A DNA stretch of 64,000 nucleotides from Williopsis jadinii (lineage: Eukaryota), in the NCBI GenBank assembly GCA_024346625.1, contig AP024666.1:62001-126000 (forward strand), read 5' to 3'. Below are positions 1-11,056 of the stretch, in pieces. The translations under genes and the position numbers were made by a program. The notes under the pieces were generated by a model. That model was given only the letters and a program-made list of their open reading frames with translations. It ran no database searches and was not told the DNA's origin. Every line of letters begins with the position of its first letter. The first letter of the stretch is position 1.

Positions 1-1313
1 ACCAGATTGTTCACCTTCGAATGAGAACAGGGCAATAGCCTTTGGTCCCTTTGATTTCTCTGATCTTGGAGAGAATGCAGGCTTATCGGATATTGAGGAT
101 TTTCTGAATCTTCTATCCAAATCGTCATAATCGTCGGAATTTCTGTTTGCTCTTCTTGATTTTGGGGTGTCATAACTATCATACACGTCATCTTCCCATG
201 AAGTTGGCTTTGACGATCTCGAATAGCTGTTGTTTCTTCCGTATGAAGATCTTTTGTTGTTGCTGCTATTGTTGTTTGAGCCACTGTTGTTTCCTCTTCT
301 GCTCGAGTAGTAATCATCATCAGAGTCATCATTGTCGGAGTGTTTCGAAGACCCTCCTCTGTTTCCTCTTGAATAGCTCTCTGATCTATCACGGGTTCTT
401 CTCTCTGAAAAAGAGCTCGTATCGGAGCCTGAGTCGAAATCTGGAATGTCAGAATAATAACTATCGTCGTAGTAGTCACCTGGTCTTCTCTTGGTGAAGG
501 CCCTTGACTCCAGCACTCTAAAGAGAGCATCACATTCTGGAGGAGGTTCGACTCTACCGGACAGGATTTGCACAGCCTTACAGTTGTTACCATAGAACTT
601 TCTGTTGGCCTCTCTTCTCTCCACAATGGCAGAACCTTCTAACGAGACACCAGCGAATAAACCCTTTGTCTTGGAATAGGAGTAGATGGCAGCTGCTCCC
701 TTCAAAGAAGCAGTACCACCAGCCTCTGCGTTTCTGCCCAAGGGACCAGCAGCAACAGAGACGTTACCACCAAGTGTAATGGAACCGGCCTGTGCAAACG
801 ACTTGACGGCATCTTCAGTGTTGAGGATGAAGACGAAATCAGTCAACTCCACACCAACCTGACCACCGGCACCGGCACCGGCAGTAGCAATGGCAGAAGG
901 TGGCGACCATGAGCCGTCAGGTAATCTAGCCACTATAACACCAGAGCCTGCTCTACCTGAGAACAAGAAGCCGGCCTTCAAAACAGTAAGGATTGCGAGG
1001 CCCTTTGCGTTTTGTAGCAGTTCTGGTGGGATCACCTGGTCAACACCGAGTATTTGATTTGGCTTGACAAAGTTCGCTAAGATCTTTGCAGCTTTTCTGG
1101 TTTGAAGTTAGTAACGTATTCATAGTCTTTCAGGCATCCATCACCAGCATTATCATGGGCAGCACCACTAGCACCACCATACGCATCACCCTAGTCACTG
1201 GACTAAGAGAATATCGAAACAGCACTGGATAAATGGGTGTAAATGTCCGGTATTAAAAGCACTCACTTTGTCTCGCTCTTTAAGCTTCGAGGAATCGGAT
1301 TGTTGATACCCAT
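1..1313 (-). CDS. YSC84: Ysc84/Lsb3 actin-binding (SYLF/YAB) + SH3 protein; 2 exons, 3' end runs off the window
   Basis: Exon 1 1313-1267 (MGINNPIPRSLKSETK), intron 1266-1097 (GTGAGT donor, TACTAAC at 1113-1107, CAG acceptor), exon 2 from 1096 reads KAAKILANFVKPNQILGVDQVIPP...KAGFLFSGRAGSGV and reaches the start of an SH3 domain (KAIALFSFEGEQSG) at the window edge. Absent from the ORF track. Confidence 0.95.
1097..1266 (-). other. Spliceosomal intron of YSC84 (170 nt)
   Basis: GTGAGT 5' splice site, canonical TACTAAC branch point, CAG 3' splice site; splicing restores the Ysc84 frame after a 47-nt exon 1. Confidence 0.93.
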
Positions 1314-1714
1314 TGTTGTTTGATGAGTTGGATTCCAATTGAAATGTCTCTAGAGCAACCACACACTGGGTAAAACAGGGAAGGAAGAAAGAGAAAGAAA
1401 GGAAAATCGTTGGAGGAGAGCCAAAGGGATTAAAAGGGAGAAATCGGCTTTCGGGAAGAACCAAACGAGACAAACGCTCAAAGCGCAGCCCACACAGCGT
1501 GGTGTAAGGATGTGGTGCCAGGGTATTGGTGTGTCGCGTACCATTGCGGTCGGGAAATGCCGGGCATTATCGGAATTGTGCTTGTGTCTGGGTGTTTAGG
1601 TGTTCGGGTGTCTTGAGTACGATGCCGACTCAGAAGCGCACTTGGTCTCTCTTCCATCTTCACCGTTTTATACCCTTTTGCAGCTGTGTTATGGCCAGTT
1701 GTTGAGTATTTGAG

Positions 1715-2893
1715 ATGGACCCGGTAGATAAGACCTTCGATACCGTGTTCTATTGGACAAGCAAAGTGCAGAATGGACTGAAAAGCACTACCGACAGTGC
1801 TGTTGGTGCTGCTTCCTCGCTGAAGGACTACGTCGTTGACACTGTGAGCTCCACAGTTGATTCCGTCATTTCCAAGGGAGTTGATCCAACAACGGCTGAT
1901 GAGGCTAGGTCACGGTTTCCCAATTGGAACATTGTAGGGTTAAGAAACCTGGTGGATTCTCATAAATCTGTGGTGATAGCTGGTGGAGTACTGACCCTGA
2001 TCATTGGTGCGGGGCAATACCACTCGATAATGGGGAGCCGAAAGGCCAAGAGAAGAAGGGCAGAGAGGTTACCAAACGGTGCACGGAAAGACGTTGTGCT
2101 CCTGGTTGGATCCGTGTCTGAGCCTCTGACCCGGTACATATCTCACGATCTGGTCAACAGAGGGTTTATCGTGTACATAACATCGACACAGAGCTCCGCA
2201 GATAACAAATTCTTTGCAAATGAAGAGTACGAGGACGTCAAGTCGTTGATAATATCTTCAAAGTTCCAAGACGAAGGATTCAACAGGGATCAAATACGTA
2301 AATTTGATCTGTTGCTATCCTCTGATCATGTGCCGTTCCAAGGTGCCTCGCCAAACAAGCTATCACTCGTCGGCGTTGTCTTCGTGCCTGATTTCTACTA
2401 TCCAACAGGTAAATTCCAATCAATCTCACCAAGCATGTGGGAAAACAGCTTTGTCCAGAAATCGCTGGTTCCCTTAAACCTCTTGTCAAATGGACTAATT
2501 GCCCTGGCTGAGAAGTATGATTCCAACGTCATTTTCCTGACTTCAAACGTGGCGAGCCAACTATGTCTACCGTACAACGCACCTGAGTGCATCACAACGT
2601 GTGTGCTCCAAGAGGTCTCACTGGCCCTTTCTAGGGACTACCCAGCTCTGAACGTCACCAACCTGAGGCTCGGTGCCATTGCAATAACGCACAACAGTAC
2701 GTGTAAGAAGTCTCTGGGCATCAAAGGCGACCATATACGTCTCCTCCACCACAAGCTGTTCGACCTGTTGTACTCCGACGACAACGCAGCTGTGGACTAC
2801 GTCGGCTTTGGTGCCCGTCTCCTACAACTCTGCGGCAGTTGGCTCCCAAAATCCATCCTCCAGCTTCTGTACAGAATAGGAAGCTTCCATTAG
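1715..2893 (+). CDS. YSC83: Ysc83-like (DUF1776) protein, probably mitochondrial outer membrane
   Basis: 392 aa; TM segment followed by KRRRAERLPNGARKDVVLLVGSVSEPLTRYISHDLVNRGFIVY, typical of DUF1776; divergent from YSC84 as in S. cerevisiae (YHR016C/YHR017W). Confidence 0.8.
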   Translation: MDPVDKTFDTVFYWTSKVQNGLKSTTDSAVGAASSLKDYVVDTVSSTVDSVISKGVDPTTADEARSRFPNWNIVGLRNLVDSHKSVVIAGGVLTLIIGAGQYHSIMGSRKAKRRRAERLPNGARKDVVLLVGSVSEPLTRYISHDLVNRGFIVYITSTQSSADNKFFANEEYEDVKSLIISSKFQDEGFNRDQIRKFDLLLSSDHVPFQGASPNKLSLVGVVFVPDFYYPTGKFQSISPSMWENSFVQKSLVPLNLLSNGLIALAEKYDSNVIFLTSNVASQLCLPYNAPECITTCVLQEVSLALSRDYPALNVTNLRLGAIAITHNSTCKKSLGIKGDHIRLLHHKLFDLLYSDDNAAVDYVGFGARLLQLCGSWLPKSILQLLYRIGSFH

Positions 2894-3565
2894 CAAGTTC
2901 TTATAATATACGCAAGTAATTCAGTACAGAAAAGGCTCATCGGCTTTATCAAAGAGATCAACGCCCTGCCGATGACGAAATAAAAGAAAACCAAATTTTA
3001 GCCTTTGAACTGTTGTGTCTCGAAGAAGCAAAAAGGTGCATCGACCCGCATGTCCAATTTAAAGTCCTCGCTGTCTGCCCTGTTTTACCCCTAAAAATCC
3101 CCAATCGCTGCTTTGTCAGCCTAAAATTTCATGTACGTCACCTGCGCGCTCGGTCAAGGGACATAAAGCAAAGGAAAATAGGGGCTCGATGATGGGTTAT
3201 TTCACTGAGTAATATATTTGTGATGTTGGATTTGTCTCGTTTCCGGGGCTCGTATATAAACATCGAGACGGGCTCGATGTGAGGTTATACAGCGAGTTTT
3301 GTCCGGTGTCCACTATCTTGATCTCAGCTGTTCGTGTGTGGGTGTGCCTTTTTGAAGAGTTTGTGACTGAGTGTACCCATTCTCATTGGCTTTGCTGGGG
3401 GGAAGACATACGTAGGGAGAAGCAAAGTGAGCTAATAGCAAAGAGCAACCTTTTACGAGAAGGGGACTTGAGGGAAGAGTTGATTTTATTTATTAGAGGT
3501 GCTAATCGTTCCAATATCTTGCAGAGGTTTGTTTTGTTGTGTACTGCGGAGCAAATCAGCAAACA

Positions 3566-3946
3566 ATGGTGCTTATCAAATTGCTCGCTAGCACGAGATC
3601 GGTGGTGAAGATTGTCGTTCCGGTGCTCGCACCTGTCTTCATCGTTTACGCGATATTTGACACGTTGAGATTCTTCAACGTTATTGATCTAACAAGAGAC
3701 CATTTCCTCTCGAGTTTGGTGGACTTCCATTGCTATTCGGTGCTACAGCAGGGGTTCAGGCCCCTTTTGAACTTACCGAATGGATCGCTGGCAAATGTCC
3801 TGTCGATAACGCTCTTCTGCCTATATGCAGTTGCGACAGTACTATCGTTGGCTTATACGTTACTATTCCATGGCTTTTGCATCGCTTCGTCATTCGAGAA
3901 AAGATGGAGCCCAATCTATCAGCTGGCTGTTAGTTCCCTACATTGA
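3566..3946 (+). CDS. Small hypothetical membrane protein (126 aa)
   Basis: ATG in good context (AAACAATGG), two hydrophobic stretches, TATATAAA near 3253; no family recognised. Confidence 0.45.
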   Translation: MVLIKLLASTRSVVKIVVPVLAPVFIVYAIFDTLRFFNVIDLTRDHFLSSLVDFHCYSVLQQGFRPLLNLPNGSLANVLSITLFCLYAVATVLSLAYTLLFHGFCIASSFEKRWSPIYQLAVSSLH

Positions 3947-4006
3947 ATAGACTGATGTAACGATGAACATAAAAAATGCATGAATATGGTGAGTTTGTAC
4001 GTAGTA

Positions 4007-7000
4007 TTAAAACCCAAAGTTGAATGCACTCATATCGGGCTCTTGGAATGCAGCCTGTGGAGGCGGAGTATTGTTCTTATTTTGTTGTTGCTGTTGCTGT
4101 TCTTTTCTCTTGGTTTCATCCTCTTTCCTCTTTATGGAGTCAGAAGCCAATCCATACTTCTCCAATATACTCAACGCTGGAGAACCACCATCGACATCTG
4201 CTTGTCCTGTGTATCCAGTCAAGAGAGAAGTACGACGTCTAACGGCAGGAGAGAAGCCATACTTCTCCAAAATGTTCTCGCTCTCTTGTGTCATAGATCT
4301 CTGTAAATTGACAGAGCTGTCATTCTTCTTGAAATCTTCAGCCTTGATGAACTTCCAATTTCTAACGATATAGACTGATAGATAATCACACCCCATTCTG
4401 GTATAGATAGATGCAACTCTAAGAATAAACTCATTTTCAATCTGTGGAGTGATGCTCAAAGAACCTTCAAGATACTGCGCACTCTTTTCCCTCAAATTTT
4501 GATAGAGCACAAGTAACAAAGGATCATCCTCGATAAATAGTCTGGATTTCTCGTTAATGATTACACCAGATTTCTCATCCTCGTTTAACACCTCGATTGG
4601 TGACTTAACCAACGCTTGAATTGCTCTTGGCTTGTCCTCTAATTTCCAATATATGTAACTAGTGGTCCATCTATCACCTTGCGAGACTGCACCAGACAAC
4701 AAATGTTTCTTCAAAAGGTCTTTTAAAACTGGCCCGTTATCACCTTCGTAAATACGACATACACCAACTGCAAGGTCGAGATCATTAACTTGTTTGATCA
4801 AAACATTTACCGCATCTTTCAAAGAGTTACCCAAGAGGAAGAAGCATGCAGCATCCATATATCTGTGCTTACTCAACAATACAAATGCATTCTTCAATGA
4901 AGCTTTCCTCCATCTCTCTTCACGGAAATCGTTCTTCAAGAAATTGAGCATCTTAGTCTGCTCTGGATGACCAACTGCGGTTCTCCAAAGTCCACTCAAA
5001 ATTTGTTTCTTCTTCAGCGCTAGGTAGAAAATGGAACATTTACTTGGATCCCTTCTCTCACCACTGCGAAATTCGTTTTTCGCAACAGATTCAAACAACC
5101 TTAGAAGATCCTCATATCTTAACCAGTGTGCTAATCCATACTCCTTTGCTGTACTCCAAAAGAATTTATGGTCCTTTATAGATGTCTCAATTTGTTGTAG
5201 TAAAAGTTCCTTGGTCTCACTGTGCAAAGCCCAGTTGACATCTCTCATGGTGACTCGATCTTGGGTCCCCCTATGGAGTTGGTAAAGCTTCATACCCAGA
5301 TAAAATTTTAACCCATTCTCATCAATTGATGAAATATTTTCATTCATGCCAATAACAGTTTCAATGATACTCATAAGGGTAATCTGCTGATGTCTCGTTA
5401 AATATGGTAATGAACAATTCATCAACTTTTCCTTCAAAAGCTCTGAAACAGTGGAGTTAAATTCTGTGTATGGCTCTTCAAAATCGTTACACTCTATGTA
5501 CTTCTTATGGAAGAATTTTGTGACGTCAAAGTCAAGTGTAGACCCCAATTTGTCTGCTGTTTCTCCAGATAGCTCCAGCTCACGTATCTTCAAGAAAAGT
5601 CTGAGGAGGATTTCGTTGACAAGTTCAATTTTCTTATTGAATAATGCTTGAACTAAAAGCTGAGGATGGAAAACTGGTAAAGTACCGTTTAAAACTGTAC
5701 AAAGGTTAATGATATCGTTTGATACGATGTTTCTTGACCCGATAGATTTTTTGGTAAATGCATCTTCTATGTTCAAGTTCTTATCAGATATGAATATCTG
5801 ATTACCCGATCCAATGGCCAAAGTTCCATCCCTTAGCCAAACAGAGTCTCCAATGTTATGTGTTGTATAGCTCTGGATATCTGCCTTCTTTATTGCAAGG
5901 AAAGCGGGGTGTTTATTCGTATAGTCGTACCTCAACTGAGTGTAAAGAAGAGAATAATGCTCAAATCCGACAGCCAAAATACTCTGCTTATTTGCAGTAC
6001 TTGTCCAATCGATATCACGCACTGGATGATCAAAAACTTCTTCATATTCCAAAACGGCCCTATTCAAGTCCCAGATCGTCAATTTCTTTTTTGACTCATC
6101 AACAATTGCGAATTTATCAGCTGTTGAGCCACGAATATACGATGCATTGGTTATACCTGTTTCAATCTCGTTTCCTTCGACCCAAACAATCTCATCATTA
6201 TTGATCTTTGCCCAGAATCTTCTCAATTTACCTTTTGTGTCTATCATCGAGACAATTTCCTTGTTTATAAATCTAATTGGACTGACAGGGTCAATCGGTT
6301 CGATCAAGTGGATCTCGTCATGGTCAACTGGCAAATCCTGTATCTTGAAAGATACGAGTTTCGATTTCGTTACAACCCAAGCTCTTGAATGGTGTTTGTA
6401 TATTGCAACGACGAAGTGCATATCCTGAGAATGGGGTTCAATGGGTATTATGGCGAATAGCTCTGGATCTGAATGAGCATCGATAAAAAATCTGAAGTCT
6501 TCCACAGCAACCTTATGGGTGGTATTCCAAAGAATGAGATATTCCCCACATATTGTGAGCAGTTGGTTACCATTATCAAATAGAACTGCTTGTGAAATGG
6601 GCTCTGGTGTATTCACAGTAGAATGTTTATTCAAAGTCACGTTATCTTTCAGCTGTTGGGGTATCCAAATCGCATTTTCATCAAACCTTGAAATGGTCAG
6701 CATTGCCTCACCATTACCGGTTTTGATAATTCTTTGGATAGATTTAAAATGACCAGTCAATTTATGTGCTAAATAACCGGTTTCCTCTTGATGGTCCTGC
6801 CACAAGAAACTGAGATCTGTTTTGACGTGTCTAATGACCCCGTTAATATCATGGATCAACACCGATAACTCATTCTCTGGAGTCACCAGGGGTTCTGCAA
6901 AATGTACCATATCAGGAAATTGCACCATTGAATGTGGACGTAATTTTATACGTCTTTTGTTCTCAACGTCAACGTCTAAAAGTCTAGGTGGGTTTTGTGA

Positions 7001-7936
7001 CAATTGTCTCATTGGATAAACAGTACAGTATCCTTTGTCATCGATGACAAATGCCATATCTGTGTTCAAACTATCTTGTGCTGGGATCAACTCGCCGTTT
7101 TTAACAGCTGTGTAGAGCATCTCCTGAACCAAGTATTGATCCAAGACCCATACGTATCTCTTTCCCTTCTTATCACAGTCGCCATCAAACAGGTCGATTG
7201 AGCCCCAATGCTGTACTATATGCGCATTCTCGTACTCATGGCTTGACCAAATTCTCAAGACGGCGTCCGTTGCAAGAGAATACAGTGTGTTCGTAAAGGT
7301 TTCAGGTTTAGGCAGATTGAATGGATCAAATTTCTTCCAACGGATCTCTGTGATTGAAGAGGGATGCAGCAGCAGCGTCAGATCAAACAACGAATCATCT
7401 GCAAATGACACCCGGCTCCATACCTTCAGCAACCTGTCATATTTACCACAACTTGCGATGAGAGTGGAATCGTGGGAGATCTTCGCCAAATAAACCGGGA
7501 TCGACTGCTTCATAGACCAAAGCTTTTTAACCGAAACCTCGCCGAGCTCCTTGGACACTCTCCACAGTGTCAAATAATCCGACCCACACACAATCTCGCC
7601 GTTCAACCCCCAACTCAGCGTGTTGACCGTGGAATGGTCCTCGTTATCGAGGCGAGTGCAGAACTGCCATCTCGGGTGCTTCATGAACTCGCTCATCGGC
7701 TCATAAATCAGCACCTGCGACCCAACCGCCACGGCAATATCACCGGTTACAGTGTCCATATCCACAGCGGCAGCGTCAGAGTCCAAGTAAATAGTTTGCA
7801 ACTCTTTCATGTCATCCGCCAAAACGATGAGGTTATTGCCGGAACAGTAGACCACAACACTGTGCGATTTCCAGTAGGCCTGTGTTACCGCTTGCGGCCG
7901 CTTCGAAGGTTCTCCGGGCACAAAGCTGAACGTCAT
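4007..7936 (-). CDS. RAV1: RAVE complex subunit Rav1 (WD40 + Rav1p_C), V-ATPase assembly
   Basis: 1309 aa; N-terminus MTFSFVPGEP, C-terminal LKNAFVLLSKHRYMDAACFFLLG motif; divergent from PET191 as in S. cerevisiae. Confidence 0.95.
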   Translation of the reverse strand: MTFSFVPGEPSKRPQAVTQAYWKSHSVVVYCSGNNLIVLADDMKELQTIYLDSDAAAVDMDTVTGDIAVAVGSQVLIYEPMSEFMKHPRWQFCTRLDNEDHSTVNTLSWGLNGEIVCGSDYLTLWRVSKELGEVSVKKLWSMKQSIPVYLAKISHDSTLIASCGKYDRLLKVWSRVSFADDSLFDLTLLLHPSSITEIRWKKFDPFNLPKPETFTNTLYSLATDAVLRIWSSHEYENAHIVQHWGSIDLFDGDCDKKGKRYVWVLDQYLVQEMLYTAVKNGELIPAQDSLNTDMAFVIDDKGYCTVYPMRQLSQNPPRLLDVDVENKRRIKLRPHSMVQFPDMVHFAEPLVTPENELSVLIHDINGVIRHVKTDLSFLWQDHQEETGYLAHKLTGHFKSIQRIIKTGNGEAMLTISRFDENAIWIPQQLKDNVTLNKHSTVNTPEPISQAVLFDNGNQLLTICGEYLILWNTTHKVAVEDFRFFIDAHSDPELFAIIPIEPHSQDMHFVVAIYKHHSRAWVVTKSKLVSFKIQDLPVDHDEIHLIEPIDPVSPIRFINKEIVSMIDTKGKLRRFWAKINNDEIVWVEGNEIETGITNASYIRGSTADKFAIVDESKKKLTIWDLNRAVLEYEEVFDHPVRDIDWTSTANKQSILAVGFEHYSLLYTQLRYDYTNKHPAFLAIKKADIQSYTTHNIGDSVWLRDGTLAIGSGNQIFISDKNLNIEDAFTKKSIGSRNIVSNDIINLCTVLNGTLPVFHPQLLVQALFNKKIELVNEILLRLFLKIRELELSGETADKLGSTLDFDVTKFFHKKYIECNDFEEPYTEFNSTVSELLKEKLMNCSLPYLTRHQQITLMSIIETVIGMNENISSIDENGLKFYLGMKLYQLHRGTQDRVTMRDVNWALHSETKELLLQQIETSIKDHKFFWSTAKEYGLAHWLRYEDLLRLFESVAKNEFRSGERRDPSKCSIFYLALKKKQILSGLWRTAVGHPEQTKMLNFLKNDFREERWRKASLKNAFVLLSKHRYMDAACFFLLGNSLKDAVNVLIKQVNDLDLAVGVCRIYEGDNGPVLKDLLKKHLLSGAVSQGDRWTTSYIYWKLEDKPRAIQALVKSPIEVLNEDEKSGVIINEKSRLFIEDDPLLLVLYQNLREKSAQYLEGSLSITPQIENEFILRVASIYTRMGCDYLSVYIVRNWKFIKAEDFKKNDSSVNLQRSMTQESENILEKYGFSPAVRRRTSLLTGYTGQADVDGGSPALSILEKYGLASDSIKRKEDETKRKEQQQQQQNKNNTPPPQAAFQEPDMSAFNFGF

Positions 7937-8235
7937 TTCATCAAGCGCTTGGTAGTTCTATGCGTTTTGTTTCTCTTTATCTTGATGTTTATGTTTATGT
8001 TTACGTTTTTTTACCGCTGGGGGTGAACCCTTTTTGTGTCCGTTCTTTCTGGTGATGTGTCGTTTCGTTGTTCTCTGCGCAGCGCTAGGCGGGCGGCCGC
8101 TGGGCTACGCTACGCAGCGCTAGGCTCGGGGATGGTTCGAGGGCCCAGGGGGGAGAAAAAATTTGATGAGGCGGGATTTCACTCTGATGGCACCGTTAGG
8201 AGCTCACAAGCAGATAAAGAAGCATTTAACTAAGA

Positions 8236-8645
8236 ATGGGTGGAAGGTGAGTTGATCAGGCTCCTTTGCTTTTCGCTTATGGGGTGGAGAGGACTCGTAC
8301 GCTAACATTCTGCGGTTTCCGTTCGACAGTTGTAAAGATCAGAGAAAGGCCGTTGCGGTATGTCTTCAAAGATCACCATGTGTTCTGATAGAGAGACACA
8401 CGCCCACAGAGTGTATTGAGAACCCAGAGTTGTCACAGAAGCTCCCAGAGCTGTGTAAGGCGCAGATGAAGGCGTTCTGGGAGTGCAGAAAGGGGTTCTT
8501 TGACATGTCCAAACGTTTCAGAGGGAATGCGCCTCTATCTACGGGTAAATACGATCAGCAGTTCGACAACCTGAGCTCGGGGAACTTTGACCCAGTGGAG
8601 GAGTACCATAAGCTAAAGGTCCTCGATAGTGGGAATAAGGATTGA
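8236..8645 (+). CDS. PET191: Pet191/Coa5 twin-CX9C cytochrome c oxidase assembly factor; 2 exons (8236-8246, 8330-8645), 108 aa
   Basis: Spliced product MGGSCKDQRKAVAVCLQRSPCVLIERHTPTECIENPELSQKLPELCKAQMKAFWEC...GNAPLSTGKYDQQ; intron 8247-8329 has GTGAGT, CGCTAAC and CAG. Confidence 0.93.
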
Positions 8646-8702
8646 ATATGTCTGTTTGTATGCTGTATAACCTTGTAAATAATTCAATATTGGAGACATC
8701 TT

Positions 8703-10169
8703 TCAAATGGCCGATGCCACAATGGCCTCGTATAACTCGTCGACGTGATCGCTAGTCACTATAGGGCTGTTGAACACCACTCTGAGGAACTCTCCGCCAT
8801 CAACTCCGCTAGCAGGCGTATAGTCGACGAGAAACCTTCCAGAGTTGTAGAGCTGGTTGGCAATTTTCCGTGTTGTTTGGGTATTAACCTCATCATCGTC
8901 GAAGTCACCATTCTTATTGAAGAAGAAGCAAACTTGTAAGGCAGGTGGTGGATTTGAAGAGATCAACTTGAATCTCCGTGTGTCCTGTGCCACTTTGTTA
9001 GCGAAGTAACTAGCCAACTCATACGCATGGTTGATTCTCTCCTCATATCCTCTAGAGCCATAGTACATCCAACTCATGTACAGTTTGAGGGCATCAGGTC
9101 TTCTGCCACATCCCATGGTGCCATCTGCTAGATCGTAGAAGGAATCATCAGCATGAGTATTGTGGAACAAGTAAGGCGCACTCAATGAGTTTGCCGTTTG
9201 AAACGTACGATCGTCTGGCACGAGTAAGAAAGAACAAGTGGTTGGTACGCCTAGAAGTTTGTGAGGATTCACTGTTAATGAGTCTGCAAGATGAGACCCT
9301 TTCAGCTTGTGCCTATAGGTTTCACTAAAGATAACGTTACCACCCCAACTACCATCGACGTGAAACCACATGTTGTTGGCCTTTGCGATGGCAGAAATCT
9401 CCTCTAGAGGATCAAAGGAACCTAGGACCGTTGTGCCTGCAGTGGCATTGACATACAGTGGTGTAAAACCTTTGGATTTGGCAAGCTGGACTTGATTGTT
9501 CAGATCCTCAACGTCCATGCATCCGTTAGCATCAACTTGCACTTTGATGACAGACCCGGAACCCATCCCCGCCAAGATGGCAGCCTTTTCCAATGAATAG
9601 TGTGAGTGTTCAGATGTGAATATCACAAATCTATGGTCCGCATTACCGTGTGTCTTTGTCTGTGGGTATAGGATCGATCTTGCCATGTGCAAACTTGTTA
9701 TATTCGACCATGAGCCACCAGGAAACGTCAATCCACCAGCAAACTTCCCATTAAAGCCAAACAGTTCAGCATAAGAATGGGACACTTTCTTCTCGATTAG
9801 GGTCAAAATGGGAGACACCGTGTAGACGTGGCTGTTCGTGTTCAGCAGACTCAGAAGTATATCAGCGACAACTCCAATTGGGTTTGTAGATGCATATAGC
9901 TTATCTAGGAACCCGGGGTGCCATGTAACGACAGAATTCTCCAATACTTGCTCAAAAACCTCATACACTCTCTTGGTGCCGTACCCAGTCCTTGGGGTCT
10001 CCAGTGGAACACATTTCAACAACTCCTGGGGAGAAACATTCTTACCGAGCGATGCACCTGGTTCGGAGGACTTGGAAATATGGGAGAGGATCAAGGGTTT
10101 GAGTTCTGTGAGCAATTGGTCGAGCTCCTCCACTCGATTGGATTCCAATGTACAACTAATCTTCGTCAT
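8703..10169 (-). CDS. PLP-dependent group II decarboxylase (animal-type GAD/CSAD/aspartate 1-decarboxylase-like)
   Basis: HPGFLDKLY, SEHSHYSLEKAA, ATAGTTVLGSFD, WFHVDGSWGG, NPHK (PLP lysine) and CGRRPDALK motifs; first ATG is 10169 (the ORF track starts at a GTG). Confidence 0.88.
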   Translation of the reverse strand: MTKISCTLESNRVEELDQLLTELKPLILSHISKSSEPGASLGKNVSPQELLKCVPLETPRTGYGTKRVYEVFEQVLENSVVTWHPGFLDKLYASTNPIGVVADILLSLLNTNSHVYTVSPILTLIEKKVSHSYAELFGFNGKFAGGLTFPGGSWSNITSLHMARSILYPQTKTHGNADHRFVIFTSEHSHYSLEKAAILAGMGSGSVIKVQVDANGCMDVEDLNNQVQLAKSKGFTPLYVNATAGTTVLGSFDPLEEISAIAKANNMWFHVDGSWGGNVIFSETYRHKLKGSHLADSLTVNPHKLLGVPTTCSFLLVPDDRTFQTANSLSAPYLFHNTHADDSFYDLADGTMGCGRRPDALKLYMSWMYYGSRGYEERINHAYELASYFANKVAQDTRRFKLISSNPPPALQVCFFFNKNGDFDDDEVNTQTTRKIANQLYNSGRFLVDYTPASGVDGGEFLRVVFNSPIVTSDHVDELYEAIVASAI

Positions 10170-11056
10170 AGTCCTGTGGAGCCTCTGGTTTATCTGATTG
10201 GGCACTTTCCTATGCGATTATTGGTCTTTTTATGTCCAAAAGCTGTCTGTCCATTAGCATATTTTTTTTCCATGTGCACTTTGCTTATGCATTTTTCAGC
10301 TCGCTTAAAACGCTCTCGTTTGCATGCAATCTTAGCTAAACGACAACGGCTGTGGACAAATGGAATTGACGACGACTAAGTGTGTTCTGTGGATAAAACT
10401 AGCGTATATTACCATCAGATATATAGTTCCACTGGGATAGGAGAAGAACATCACAATAGTGGAAATAATACTCATCGTCATGGAAGCTGAAGATGGAGGT
10501 TATGAGCCCCGACTCGTGAGTCATTTTGAAGTCATCGGCACCGAGTATTAATTGGTGTTGGGATGTTTCTTGACACATTTCTTAATAGCCTGCCTTGAAC
10601 CGTTTAAATCAGTAGAATGATATTTAACCTGGAAGCTATTGGTGCTATGAATTTAACGGTTGTTTGATTCGATTGGTAGCTGTCATAATCAGTAAATATT
10701 TCGGTCAATTATGAATTTAAATTATAATTGTAGGGTATACTCTATGGCTAACTTTTCTGAAATTTTTAGGCAGAACATTTTCTCATACAAGTAAGCTCAC
10801 AATGACGTAATTAATTCGTAAAGGAATGGAATATTGGATGAATAACAAAGATATTCACTCGTGATAGATCCTAATAAGCATGGAATTGGATATATACAGC
10901 AAACAACTCCCATAAGATACCGTTTGATATCAACACCTTCGCCCTGTTGTGTTGCTCCAACCAACCACACGCTTCCCTGCGATGACCGAGAAACAACTAG
11001 AGCCGAAGTCACTAAGTATCGATGACTTATCAGCACCAATTCGGTCATATAACCAC

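Noticed and set aside
147..497. Cys-rich 116-aa ORF on the + strand
   Set aside because: Antisense to the Gln/Asp/Arg-rich linker of YSC84.
541..560. GGTTCGACTC as a tRNA T-loop (also GGTTCGA near 8134 and 60855)
   Set aside because: No cloverleaf or A-box context; the first lies inside the YSC84 coding exon.
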